Assembly (NCBI GenBank): GCA_902627615.1
Contig: CACOJW010000001.1
Coordinates: 4,907-68,906 of the forward strand
DNA from: an uncultured marine group III euryarchaeote
GTDB taxonomy: Archaea; Thermoplasmatota; Poseidoniia; MGIII; CG-Epi1
Reading direction: 5' to 3'
DNA length: 64,000 nt
The translations under genes were made by a program, and so were the position numbers. This document shows positions 55,405-63,354 of this stretch, piece after piece (position 1 is the first letter of the stretch; the number at the start of each line of letters is the position of its first letter). Below the pieces are notes generated by a model. That model did not search any database and was not told the origin of the DNA. It worked only from the letters and a program-made list of their open reading frames with translations.

Positions 55405-55415
55405 GGTATATATGC
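55399..55415 (+). promoter_or_regulatory. Pilin promoter, copy 1 (ACGTAAGGTATATATGC)
   Basis: The 17-mer is identical to 55970-55986. The TATA lies ~50 nt before the ATG at 55460. A leader hairpin GAC-UUAG-GUC and GAGGA (55448-55452) follow. Confidence 0.55.
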
Positions 55416-55459
55416 TATCTCAGAAATAACTTTTCAGACTTAGGTCAGAGGATTGACAT

Positions 55460-55954
55460 ATGAAACGTAGATTTGTAAACGATGAAAAAGCCGTATCTCC
55501 AGTTATTGCAGTTATTTTGATGGTAGCTATTACTGTCGTCATGGCCGCTGTATTGTATGCTTGGGTATCCGGATGGGGCCTACAACCAAAGAACTCGCCA
55601 ACAGGTAGTATGATGGCAAGCAACGACGGCACCACTTGGGATGTACAAATAATTAAAATGAATCCTCAAGCTTCGATTAATTCGGTGCACTGGTATTTGA
55701 TGGACATCCAAGGCTTAACTAAGGCTGAGGGTGTAGTTACGGATATTTATGGTTACAAAAATGGTGAAGGTAAGTCAGTAATTTATATTGATAATGATTA
55801 TAATGCCAAAGTAAGTCCAGGAGATGTTTTTAGATTCTACGCAGGAGAAGGTGATAGTTTAGCAGATACTTCATCAATAGATGATTTTTCATTCCGTTTG
55901 AAATTTGATCCAACTGGCGACACAATTGGTTACGACGTAGATTTTAGTAGTTAA
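55460..55954 (+). CDS. Archaeal type IV pilin-like protein (class III signal peptide), paralog 2
   Basis: 164 aa. The N-terminus is MKRRFVNDEKAVSPVIAVILMVAITVVMAAVLYAWVSG. Confidence 0.8.
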   Translation: MKRRFVNDEKAVSPVIAVILMVAITVVMAAVLYAWVSGWGLQPKNSPTGSMMASNDGTTWDVQIIKMNPQASINSVHWYLMDIQGLTKAEGVVTDIYGYKNGEGKSVIYIDNDYNAKVSPGDVFRFYAGEGDSLADTSSIDDFSFRLKFDPTGDTIGYDVDFSS

Positions 55955-55969
55955 ATAATCTAAAATTTG

Positions 55970-55999
55970 ACGTAAGGTATATATGCACTGCTAGCAGTG
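55970..55999 (+). promoter_or_regulatory. Pilin promoter, copy 2, plus 14-nt perfect palindrome
   Basis: ACGTAAGGTATATATGC (55970-55986) overlaps CACTGCTAGCAGTG (55986-55999), which is its own reverse complement. A leader hairpin CUGAC-UUCG-GUCAG (56008-56021) runs into GAGGA (56021-56025). Confidence 0.55.
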
Positions 56000-56032
56000 T
56001 CTTAGTTCTGACTTCGGTCAGAGGACACAACA

Positions 56033-56536
56033 ATGAAACGAAGAATAGTAAACGATGAGCAGGCAGTTTCACCTGTAATTGCTGTCATTTTGATGGTAGC
56101 TATTACAGTCGTTCTGGCTGCAGTATTGTACGTTTGGGCTAGCAGTTTCCTTGGTGGTACAACCAAGAACGCACCAACCGGCAGTATGATAGCAAGCAGC
56201 GACGGTCAAGGCGACTGGACAATCCAGATTGTTAAGATCAATCCGCAGGTTTCCGTAAACTCTGTACACTGGTATTTACTAGATACACAGGGTAACACTA
56301 AGACTGATGCTCTAGTCTCTGATGTCTACGGCTATTACGAAGGACAAGGTAAAGCAGTAGTATTCATTGACAACGACTTCAATGGAAAGTTGAGCCCAGG
56401 TGACAAATTTGAAGTTCACCCAGCTGAACCCGATTCGGATTTAGCAGCAGTTAGTGATGTAACTGACTACCAATTCCGTTTGAAGTTCGAGCCTAACGGT
56501 GACACAATCGGTTACGATATAGCTCTATCACCATAG
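56033..56536 (+). CDS. Archaeal type IV pilin-like protein (class III signal peptide), paralog 3
   Basis: 167 aa. The N-terminus is MKRRIVNDEQAVSPVIAVILMVAITVVLAAVLYVWASS. Confidence 0.8.
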   Translation: MKRRIVNDEQAVSPVIAVILMVAITVVLAAVLYVWASSFLGGTTKNAPTGSMIASSDGQGDWTIQIVKINPQVSVNSVHWYLLDTQGNTKTDALVSDVYGYYEGQGKAVVFIDNDFNGKLSPGDKFEVHPAEPDSDLAAVSDVTDYQFRLKFEPNGDTIGYDIALSP

Positions 56537-56558
56537 AGTTAGTCATCGAGAATAGAGT

Positions 56559-56622
56559 GGGGACTTTCGAGTCCCCTCTCGAATGTAATCGGGGGTTTCA
56601 GCCCCCAATTACCCATTTTTTT
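56559..56622. terminator. Tandem GC hairpins plus T-runs between convergent genes
   Basis: The first hairpin is GGGGACT-UUCG-AGTCCCC (56559-56576). The second is GGGGG-N6-CCCCC (56591-56606). T7 (56616-56622) and T5 follow. The element lies between pilin 3 (+) and cca (-). Confidence 0.6.
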
Positions 56623-56628
56623 AAATTT

Positions 56629-57804
56629 TTAATCTAACCAGGGCATTCTCTGTACTGGTTGGGCACCTTCAAGCAAACCAGGATGTACTCTTGCATTAGG
56701 AATTAATTCTAGTATTACTTCATCGATTTTTGAATGTCTGGGAGGTCTTCCAATTTCTAATCTTTTACTGCTCAAGGTGGCATCAGGGTACTTTTTCAGA
56801 AAATCCAAAGCACCATCTTCCCAAGGTGGAGGGCCTTTGTGTGACACGATATCAGGTAACTCTACGGTAGCAGTTTCAAATACTAAAAAACAATTATTTC
56901 CTAAGTTTGCATTCCAAGCAATCGGTTCAAAGTCGGCTATTGCCTTGTTAATTTTTCTCCCTTGTCTTTGTAACCAAGGAAGTACAGTTTCTTCATTACC
57001 TCCTGGATGAGGAAGAGTTACAGTAGTAACAACTCCTTTAGATTTCCTAATCTTATTCTTTGGAAAGAAAAAATCAAGCGTAGGATTATTTAGAAATCCT
57101 TTTGCAGCTAGTATTGCAGTTCCCAAACCCTTCAAGGTGACTCCAGCAGAAACATTACGTCTTTCATCTACTGGATCTTTAATCATCATTACAGCTTTCG
57201 GTGCATTTTTTACGTCTTCTATAACAATAGGAGGTTTCCAAAGGGAAATTTTCCGGACTAAGTTTTCAAAATTTTCATACTTTATAATTAATATCTCTAC
57301 CAAGTATCCGGAAAATCCTCCAATTGCTGCATTAGCTCCGTATGCTCCTGCACCCTTTAGGAATTGCTTTGCTAACCTTACTTCATCCTCTTTTCCTGCA
57401 ATATTTTCAGCGACCCATTTCGTATGAAATGGAGTTCTATCAACTGCAGAAATTGATTTTGATGAGTCTTTGATAGCATAGCACGGTACTAAATCTATGC
57501 CAATACCTTCAATTTCGCCTCTAAGATAAGGATGCTGAGCATATAATTCTTTACCGTCAGTTAAAATTTCCCGAGCTACTTTTAGTCCTTCACTTTTCAA
57601 ATCCGTATCTTCGTCAAACCTAATAAATAAGTCAATATCAGCACCCTTAAGATTTGTTCCCTTAGCTATGGATCCAACAATTAGCGAATCTAAATTCTGT
57701 TTAGTTATTTCATTTTTTAGATTATTGTAAATCTTATTTATTTTTGTGGTTTCATTCTCATCGGGACGTATTCTTTCTAAAACCTCATCAAACAGTGTCT
57801 TCAC
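56629..57804 (-). CDS. cca: CCA-adding enzyme (archaeal class I tRNA nucleotidyltransferase)
   Basis: 391 aa with IVGSIAKGTNLKGADIDLFIRF (the class I polymerase-beta-type GS...DxD motif). The overall archaeal Cca layout is present. Confidence 0.85.
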   Translation of the reverse strand: MKTLFDEVLERIRPDENETTKINKIYNNLKNEITKQNLDSLIVGSIAKGTNLKGADIDLFIRFDEDTDLKSEGLKVAREILTDGKELYAQHPYLRGEIEGIGIDLVPCYAIKDSSKSISAVDRTPFHTKWVAENIAGKEDEVRLAKQFLKGAGAYGANAAIGGFSGYLVEILIIKYENFENLVRKISLWKPPIVIEDVKNAPKAVMMIKDPVDERRNVSAGVTLKGLGTAILAAKGFLNNPTLDFFFPKNKIRKSKGVVTTVTLPHPGGNEETVLPWLQRQGRKINKAIADFEPIAWNANLGNNCFLVFETATVELPDIVSHKGPPPWEDGALDFLKKYPDATLSSKRLEIGRPPRHSKIDEVILELIPNARVHPGLLEGAQPVQRMPWLD

Positions 57805-58373
57805 TCTTCCTCCTCAGGAAGTTTATTATTTTCCAAATCATCATTTCCCTTATCTTTTTCGTTATCCTCAGAATCTTTATTGTCTTTTTCAAACTTGCCT
57901 CTACGCCATGCCTTTATTCTTTCTTTTTCAGCTCGTTTTCTTAAGGTTTCAATATCATCCTTGATAGGTAAAAATATAGGTATAATAAATATAATTAGAC
58001 CAAATATAAATGCTACTAATCCCCAAATTAAATACTCAGGTTGATATGTTATAGTTTCAATAAAAATACTAATTAGTATCATGGAAATAATGGTAGAAGT
58101 CCAAATAATTTTGCGATAACTTTTTTCACTAAAGTAATACTTGTCCCCTTCGTCAGGAATTTCCACTGAAAAGTCTGCATCAGGTATTGTAATTTCATCA
58201 TTTTTGGTAATGGGCCTTTCTAGTTTTATTTTTCTAAGATATAGATGAGCAAATATTCCTCCAAACAAGAATGCTACCTGCCCGTATCCAGGGTCTCCCG
58301 CTGCAGTTGCAGCCCATATTGCGTATGCAACACAGAGCCATATTGCTACAATAATAGAATTATATAAATCCAT
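57801..58373 (-). CDS. Hypothetical 4-TM membrane protein with K/E/D-rich tail
   Basis: 190 aa. It lies 8 nt downstream of the flavodoxin-ferredoxin gene and overlaps cca by 4 nt. Confidence 0.5.
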   Translation of the reverse strand: MDLYNSIIVAIWLCVAYAIWAATAAGDPGYGQVAFLFGGIFAHLYLRKIKLERPITKNDEITIPDADFSVEIPDEGDKYYFSEKSYRKIIWTSTIISMILISIFIETITYQPEYLIWGLVAFIFGLIIFIIPIFLPIKDDIETLRKRAEKERIKAWRRGKFEKDNKDSEDNEKDKGNDDLENNKLPEEEE

Positions 58374-58381
58374 CTAAAAAT

Positions 58382-59368
58382 CTAGACTTTGCTTTCCATA
58401 GTTATTGCTTCCACAGGGCAAGCAAAAGCGCACAATGTACAACCAACACAAGTATCATCAAGGATGAGAGCTTTTTTCGATTCAAATTGTGAAGTTCTCG
58501 CATTTAAGTCCCAAGAAATCATATCTATTGATGCAAAATTACAATAATAAACGCATTGAGTGCATCCTATACATTTTTCGTTATCTACTAAAGCAATGTA
58601 ATCTCTTCCCTGGGGTAATGATTTCAAGGTTACCTTTCTTAGTTCCTTAAACATCTCTTTTGCTTTTTCAATACCTGTTGTTGGTAGTTCATCTTCTGCC
58701 AACACTCCTTTGACTCGCTTTAACCACTTATTAGGTTTTTTGAAAAAGAGTGGAACTGTAGCCATGGCTTGGTAAGCGGTAGTTCCTCCAACAGCTTCAA
58801 CTTCTTCTTCAGGCTCATCAATTTCCACTCCAGAAGCGTAAGCAACCATTTTTTCTTCAAGCTCAGGAACAAAATTTCCGTCATCCCCGACGCAAGCTAG
58901 CTTTGGCATTACTCCATTCATCCACTCTTCTGCAGGCATTTCGTAATCTACATCACAGTCTACGCGATCATAAATTCGGGCACCGCCCATATCTTGCAAA
59001 GTTTTGTCCCAATCTTTTCCGGATTGACAGAATAGATCGTATCCTGTATCTCCAAGAGAGCAAACTGAGAAATTAGTTTTTGAAAGTATACTGCCAGCAT
59101 CTAATGCCTCTTGATATAGTTCTTCAGCATTATCAGGCATTTCTCCTTCTCCCCAAGTAGAGCAAACAATCATCACACGCGTCATTTCGCTCATGGATTT
59201 AATATCAAATCCATCCATGTCATGAACAGTTGGATTCAAACCATAGCGTGGAGCTTCCTTTTGCCATTTCTCTGCAAGCCCTTCTGAGTTACCACTTTGG
59301 GAACCGAATAAGATGTGTAAATCCCGATTTCCTTCAGTTGCGAATTTAGTAATGTCAGTATCAGACAT
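58382..59368 (-). CDS. Flavodoxin (FMN) domain fused to a 2x[4Fe-4S] ferredoxin domain
   Basis: 328 aa. The N-terminal 190 aa are near-identical to 38869..39438. The C-terminus has CIGCTQCVYYC and CVGCTLCAFACP. Confidence 0.8.
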   Translation of the reverse strand: MSDTDITKFATEGNRDLHILFGSQSGNSEGLAEKWQKEAPRYGLNPTVHDMDGFDIKSMSEMTRVMIVCSTWGEGEMPDNAEELYQEALDAGSILSKTNFSVCSLGDTGYDLFCQSGKDWDKTLQDMGGARIYDRVDCDVDYEMPAEEWMNGVMPKLACVGDDGNFVPELEEKMVAYASGVEIDEPEEEVEAVGGTTAYQAMATVPLFFKKPNKWLKRVKGVLAEDELPTTGIEKAKEMFKELRKVTLKSLPQGRDYIALVDNEKCIGCTQCVYYCNFASIDMISWDLNARTSQFESKKALILDDTCVGCTLCAFACPVEAITMESKV

Positions 59369-60258
59369 TAATTTTCACCTTCTAAACATGCAACAAGAAA
59401 TTGCATCAAATCCATCATTTCATAGTCGTGATGATGGCCGTCTTCAGGATTCATTCGTTCTTCATTTAACATACATTGCATGTGCATGTAGCATTTTGGA
59501 CAGCCTCCAAGCATCAAATCAATACCTGCATCAGTTCCTTGGTCGAGTCTTTTTCTACGTACTGCTTTAGTTGCATCATTACAATACATCATAGATGATA
59601 CGCCACAACATAATGCACGTTCTTTGTTATTTTCTAATTCGACCATGGTAGCGCCGTCTACAAGTTGTATTAAATCTCTAGGAGCCTCATACTCGCCCAT
59701 CATTCTTCCTAGACGGCACGGATCGTGATAGGCAACGGTTACATTTTCAGGAGCTTTGAATTTTAATCCTCTACCTTGCAAGGTTTGGGTGATGTGTTCA
59801 ACCTTAATTCCTAGCTTTCCAGGAAGATCATAATCTACTGCAAAAGTTCGATAGCATTCAGCACATGAACAGGTTAAAATTTTTATTCCAGACTCTTTTA
59901 ATCTTCGCATATTATGTTCTTTTAGGGCATCAAATACTTCTAATTGGCCTTGCCATAATTGATCGTGGCCTGAACATTTGAACATGTTCATATCCAATAT
60001 TAATGGATCAATATTTGCATAATTTAACAATTTTATTGAGGCGGCTGCAATTGAAGCATGGTCAGCATCGCCTTTGTTCAAGTGAGTAAATTTAACTTCA
60101 ACATCCATAAAATCTACGCATCCTGGAAAATAGCCATATTCGTGAGGCCTTTCTGGTTTCCAGGAGCTTTCATCTTTATTCATGGCGTCTTCTACAATCA
60201 GTCTCTCAAATAGTGGATGTGGAATAGTTCTAGCATATGGCTTGGTTCTACTACTCAT
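59368..60258 (-). CDS. Two-CCG-domain Fe-S protein (HdrB / GlcF C-terminal / SdhE-like)
   Basis: 296 aa. CCG-type domain 1 is degenerate (YFPGC...KCSGH...LTCSCAECY). Domain 2 is YHDPCRLGR...ALCCGVSS...GGCPKCY. Confidence 0.7.
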   Translation of the reverse strand: MSSRTKPYARTIPHPLFERLIVEDAMNKDESSWKPERPHEYGYFPGCVDFMDVEVKFTHLNKGDADHASIAAASIKLLNYANIDPLILDMNMFKCSGHDQLWQGQLEVFDALKEHNMRRLKESGIKILTCSCAECYRTFAVDYDLPGKLGIKVEHITQTLQGRGLKFKAPENVTVAYHDPCRLGRMMGEYEAPRDLIQLVDGATMVELENNKERALCCGVSSMMYCNDATKAVRRKRLDQGTDAGIDLMLGGCPKCYMHMQCMLNEERMNPEDGHHHDYEMMDLMQFLVACLEGEN

Positions 60259-61372
60259 GATTCAACACCGCCTTTGGAGACTCGCCACCAATAATGTTTG
60301 GAATTGTCGTATCGGAATCTGAGCTTGCACCCATAGTAAAGAGTGCTCTTTGTTCTAAGACATAATCGATGTACTCTATATTTTGAGGGCAAACGGCAGT
60401 ACACATTCCACATGTTATACATGACCACATTGCAGTTCCGTCATGTTCATTTTGGAATGTATTGTAAATAATATTTAATTCGTGCTCACCTTCCATATCT
60501 CTTACGGGGCAAATGTCATCACATAGACCACATTGATAGCAACGATTCAATTTGAATTCATATATTCTTTGCATTCTTCTGTCAGTTATTCCATTGACAT
60601 ACAGATCAAACCTCTCTTCATCAGTAAGTGGCTTTGCACCTTCAGACCTTCTTCTATCTAAAAATACGTAAGTCATTATTGCAAGAACAATAGGTCCCCA
60701 TACTGTTAGTACCATCAGAATATCTGTAGTTACTTGAGGGTAATACAGTGCAATGTTAGCATTAATAGAGAATATAGATAGCATGACAATCATTACAATT
60801 CCGTAAACTCCTATCGCAGCTCTTACAGGATCTTCGACAGGTCTTCTCTCATGCCCGCGGTTTACGACATCTCCATACTGAGGATCAATTAGTGCACCAA
60901 TTGCCCTATCGATAAAGGGAACTGCAATTACAAGATTTACTATTAAACCTTGAACCAAAGTTCCCCAAACTTTAGCAGACATCAAGAATAGCTCGATATC
61001 TTCTAATCCTAAGAATGGAAGCATAGATAGAGGTATAGTCATTTTGATATCCCATGCTACTTTTAAGCATCCAAAAGCCCACAATAGATACCAATCAGGT
61101 AATGGCGGAGGATAAGCAGTTCCAGCAGTTGGATCTGCAGCAGAATGTAACGGTGGCGGTACAAAAGCCGTTAGGTAAAACAAAAGTGCCATGATATATA
61201 GGGTAAAGACTCCGTCCCGTGTTACTTCGTGTGGGTAAAGCGGTTCTCCTTTAATCATATCAGCTTCGAGAACTGAGTGATCTTCTCTATTTTCCAGCTT
61301 ATTTATTGTATCAAGGTCTAATTGCTCTTCTTGATGCTCATAAATCATTTCTGTTAAGTCGTCTTCACTCAT
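60251..61372 (-). CDS. Fusion of the cytochrome b C-terminal part (subunit IV-like, 4 TM) to a cytoplasmic 2x[4Fe-4S] (HdrC-like) domain
   Basis: 373 aa. AADP...PPLPDWYLLWAF corresponds to the PEWY motif of the Qo site. Four TMs are followed by CYQCGLCDDICP and CITCGMCTAVCP. Confidence 0.75.
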   Translation of the reverse strand: MSEDDLTEMIYEHQEEQLDLDTINKLENREDHSVLEADMIKGEPLYPHEVTRDGVFTLYIMALLFYLTAFVPPPLHSAADPTAGTAYPPPLPDWYLLWAFGCLKVAWDIKMTIPLSMLPFLGLEDIELFLMSAKVWGTLVQGLIVNLVIAVPFIDRAIGALIDPQYGDVVNRGHERRPVEDPVRAAIGVYGIVMIVMLSIFSINANIALYYPQVTTDILMVLTVWGPIVLAIMTYVFLDRRRSEGAKPLTDEERFDLYVNGITDRRMQRIYEFKLNRCYQCGLCDDICPVRDMEGEHELNIIYNTFQNEHDGTAMWSCITCGMCTAVCPQNIEYIDYVLEQRALFTMGASSDSDTTIPNIIGGESPKAVLNHE

Positions 61373-62337
61373 CAGTGCGGTTCAGCCTCCCCTTGTATCC
61401 ATACAATAGCCATATGAATTATCATAAGTACAGTTCCTACTAGAGGAAGCACAAAAATATGAAGCCAATACATTCTTGTTACAGTATCTCCAGTAATTTG
61501 GGTCCCTCCAAATACAATAGCTGCAATCGGTGGCCCCATGGCTGGAATTGAGGTAGCCATTTCAAGTCCGATAGATGCTGCAGCGAATCCAAGCTCATCC
61601 CAAGGCAGAATATATCCTGTGAAACCGAAAAATATGGTAACCATGAGTAATATAACTCCTAGAATCCAGTTAACTTCACGAGGATTTCTGTATGCTCCAA
61701 CAAAGTAAACTCTCATCATATGTAGAAATACTGCAGCTACCATGAAATGCGCAGCCCAGTGGTGAATTGCGCGAATAATATAACCAAATGATACTTGAGT
61801 CATTATTAGCTCCATAGATCTGTAGGCTCCTGAGGAAGCTTTACCGGTCTCAGGGTCAGTAATAAATTCACCATCAGGTACATAATAAAATCCTAAATAT
61901 ATTCCAGTAATTACTAGAATTATGTATGAAAAGAAAGAAAGTCCTCCCAGTGAGTAGAATGGATACCAATACCATACAGCTTTTACATTGTACCTTTCAG
62001 TATGGGATTGAGGCATCGTTCTTCCTGTTGCAGGGAGTAAAGTGTAAACAACTGAATAGTATTCTCTCTTAACTAATGAAACATATCGGTGTAGTGCAAA
62101 TCTTTCGTCTACCCACTTCCACGCTTCAAACATTATTCCAGGAAGTAGACCTGTGAAATACAAGTATCCTACTCCTAGTGCACCACCGAGTAAAGATAAA
62201 AATATCAGTGGGAAAGTATATTTGCGCATTAACTCTTCTATTAACGGAGTTTCAGCATTAGCAGGCAATGCGAAGAAGGTTAAACACCCTATTATAATCA
62301 TTAGTATTTTGTTAATTTTCATTTTAGCCCTGCCCAC
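61372..62337 (-). CDS. Cytochrome b, N-terminal (b6-like) half
   Basis: 321 aa. IHHWAAHFMVAAVFLHMMRVYFVGAY gives H-x13-H, and HIFVLPLVGTVLMIIH gives the b6-type H-x14-H. The GYILPWDELGFAA motif is present. Confidence 0.9.
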   Translation of the reverse strand: MGRAKMKINKILMIIIGCLTFFALPANAETPLIEELMRKYTFPLIFLSLLGGALGVGYLYFTGLLPGIMFEAWKWVDERFALHRYVSLVKREYYSVVYTLLPATGRTMPQSHTERYNVKAVWYWYPFYSLGGLSFFSYIILVITGIYLGFYYVPDGEFITDPETGKASSGAYRSMELIMTQVSFGYIIRAIHHWAAHFMVAAVFLHMMRVYFVGAYRNPREVNWILGVILLMVTIFFGFTGYILPWDELGFAAASIGLEMATSIPAMGPPIAAIVFGGTQITGDTVTRMYWLHIFVLPLVGTVLMIIHMAIVWIQGEAEPH

Positions 62338-63013
62338 AATATTTTAGCCAATCAATTTCAGTAGTTAATCCTATCAGTTCACCGTTTTCTTCAGCAACAG
62401 GAACTACAGGTAAGCCATAGGGCGCGGGCCCTTCCAATAATTCAGCAGCCATGACTTCTCTTCCCTGCTCGTCTATATTTTGTATTATAGATATAGGGTC
62501 AAATAGTGATAAATGGCAAGGACAAAGGAACATATTCTCATAGTCTTTCCCACTTATGGCACTAGTTCCAGCTTCAGTATACACAGGTTTACAACATAGA
62601 TGCGGGCATTTGTAAGTATGATATGCCATCAAAATAGAACTTCCATCTCCAACACTTACTCCTAATCCTTCCATTCCCGGTTCAGCAGGTACTCTTGCAA
62701 GAGCTAATTGAATTTCGCAGGCCCCCAATTCTTCCTCTAAATTTTCGGGACCCCAATTAACGATTGCGACGTCCCACACATTCTCGAAATCAGCAACAGT
62801 GGCAACGTCGTTTCCTTTATTTTCGTACCACTTTCCAGCTTCAGCTTTGAATGTAAGCGTATCATGCGCATCATCTTTATTGCACCTAGTAATTGGAGGT
62901 GGCAGTAAGGTTTTCAGAGCAGGAACAGCAAGAGCCCCAGTCATACCGGCACCAGCTAATCCAATAGCTCCTTGTAAGAAGCCTCTTCGAGTAATTTCCA
63001 TATTACCTCTCAA
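62324..63013 (-). CDS. Rieske [2Fe-2S] protein with twin-arginine signal
   Basis: 229 aa with TRRGFLQGAIGLAGAG (Tat signal). The cluster boxes are CPHLCC and CPCHLSLF. The likely start is the ATG at 63001. Confidence 0.85.
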   Translation of the reverse strand: MRGNMEITRRGFLQGAIGLAGAGMTGALAVPALKTLLPPPITRCNKDDAHDTLTFKAEAGKWYENKGNDVATVADFENVWDVAIVNWGPENLEEELGACEIQLALARVPAEPGMEGLGVSVGDGSSILMAYHTYKCPHLCCKPVYTEAGTSAISGKDYENMFLCPCHLSLFDPISIIQNIDEQGREVMAAELLEGPAPYGLPVVPVAEENGELIGLTTEIDWLKYCGQG

Positions 63014-63296
63014 GTTTTGTAATAACTTTCCTCCTTCGTTTTTTTGCTTCTAAGATATCTGGCATGAAAGAGCGCCTGTAGAAATCAATCATAAGTCCTA
63101 AAACCAGAAATGCCATAGCTAGAACAAATGAAAGAAACTGCTGATCCCATCCTTCTAATATGCCATATATGAATAGAGAATCATACATAATTTCAAGAAC
63201 TAAAAAAATAAGTATTATTGCGAATACTTCTATTTGTTCTTTACCAGGGATATTTCGTAGCTGTTTCCCGAGTTCTTCATCCCTGTATGTACCCAT
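63003..63296 (-). CDS. Small 2-TM membrane protein in the Rieske/cyt b operon
   Basis: 97 aa with two hydrophobic helices and a basic tail. It overlaps the Rieske ORF by 11 nt. Confidence 0.5.
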   Translation of the reverse strand: MGTYRDEELGKQLRNIPGKEQIEVFAIILIFLVLEIMYDSLFIYGILEGWDQQFLSFVLAMAFLVLGLMIDFYRRSFMPDILEAKKRRRKVITKLER

Positions 63297-63354
63297 AAGT
63301 TTCTGAGCATCTTCTGCAGTTAGTTCCCCTTTGGAAACTTTTTCTAGGATTTCA

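Noticed and set aside
58799-59368. The ~570-nt inverted duplicate (paired with 38869..39438) could be the arms of a mobile element or a recent segmental duplication.
   Set aside because: The copies differ at many synonymous sites while the protein is conserved. The similarity stops exactly at a domain border. No mobility genes lie between or beside them.
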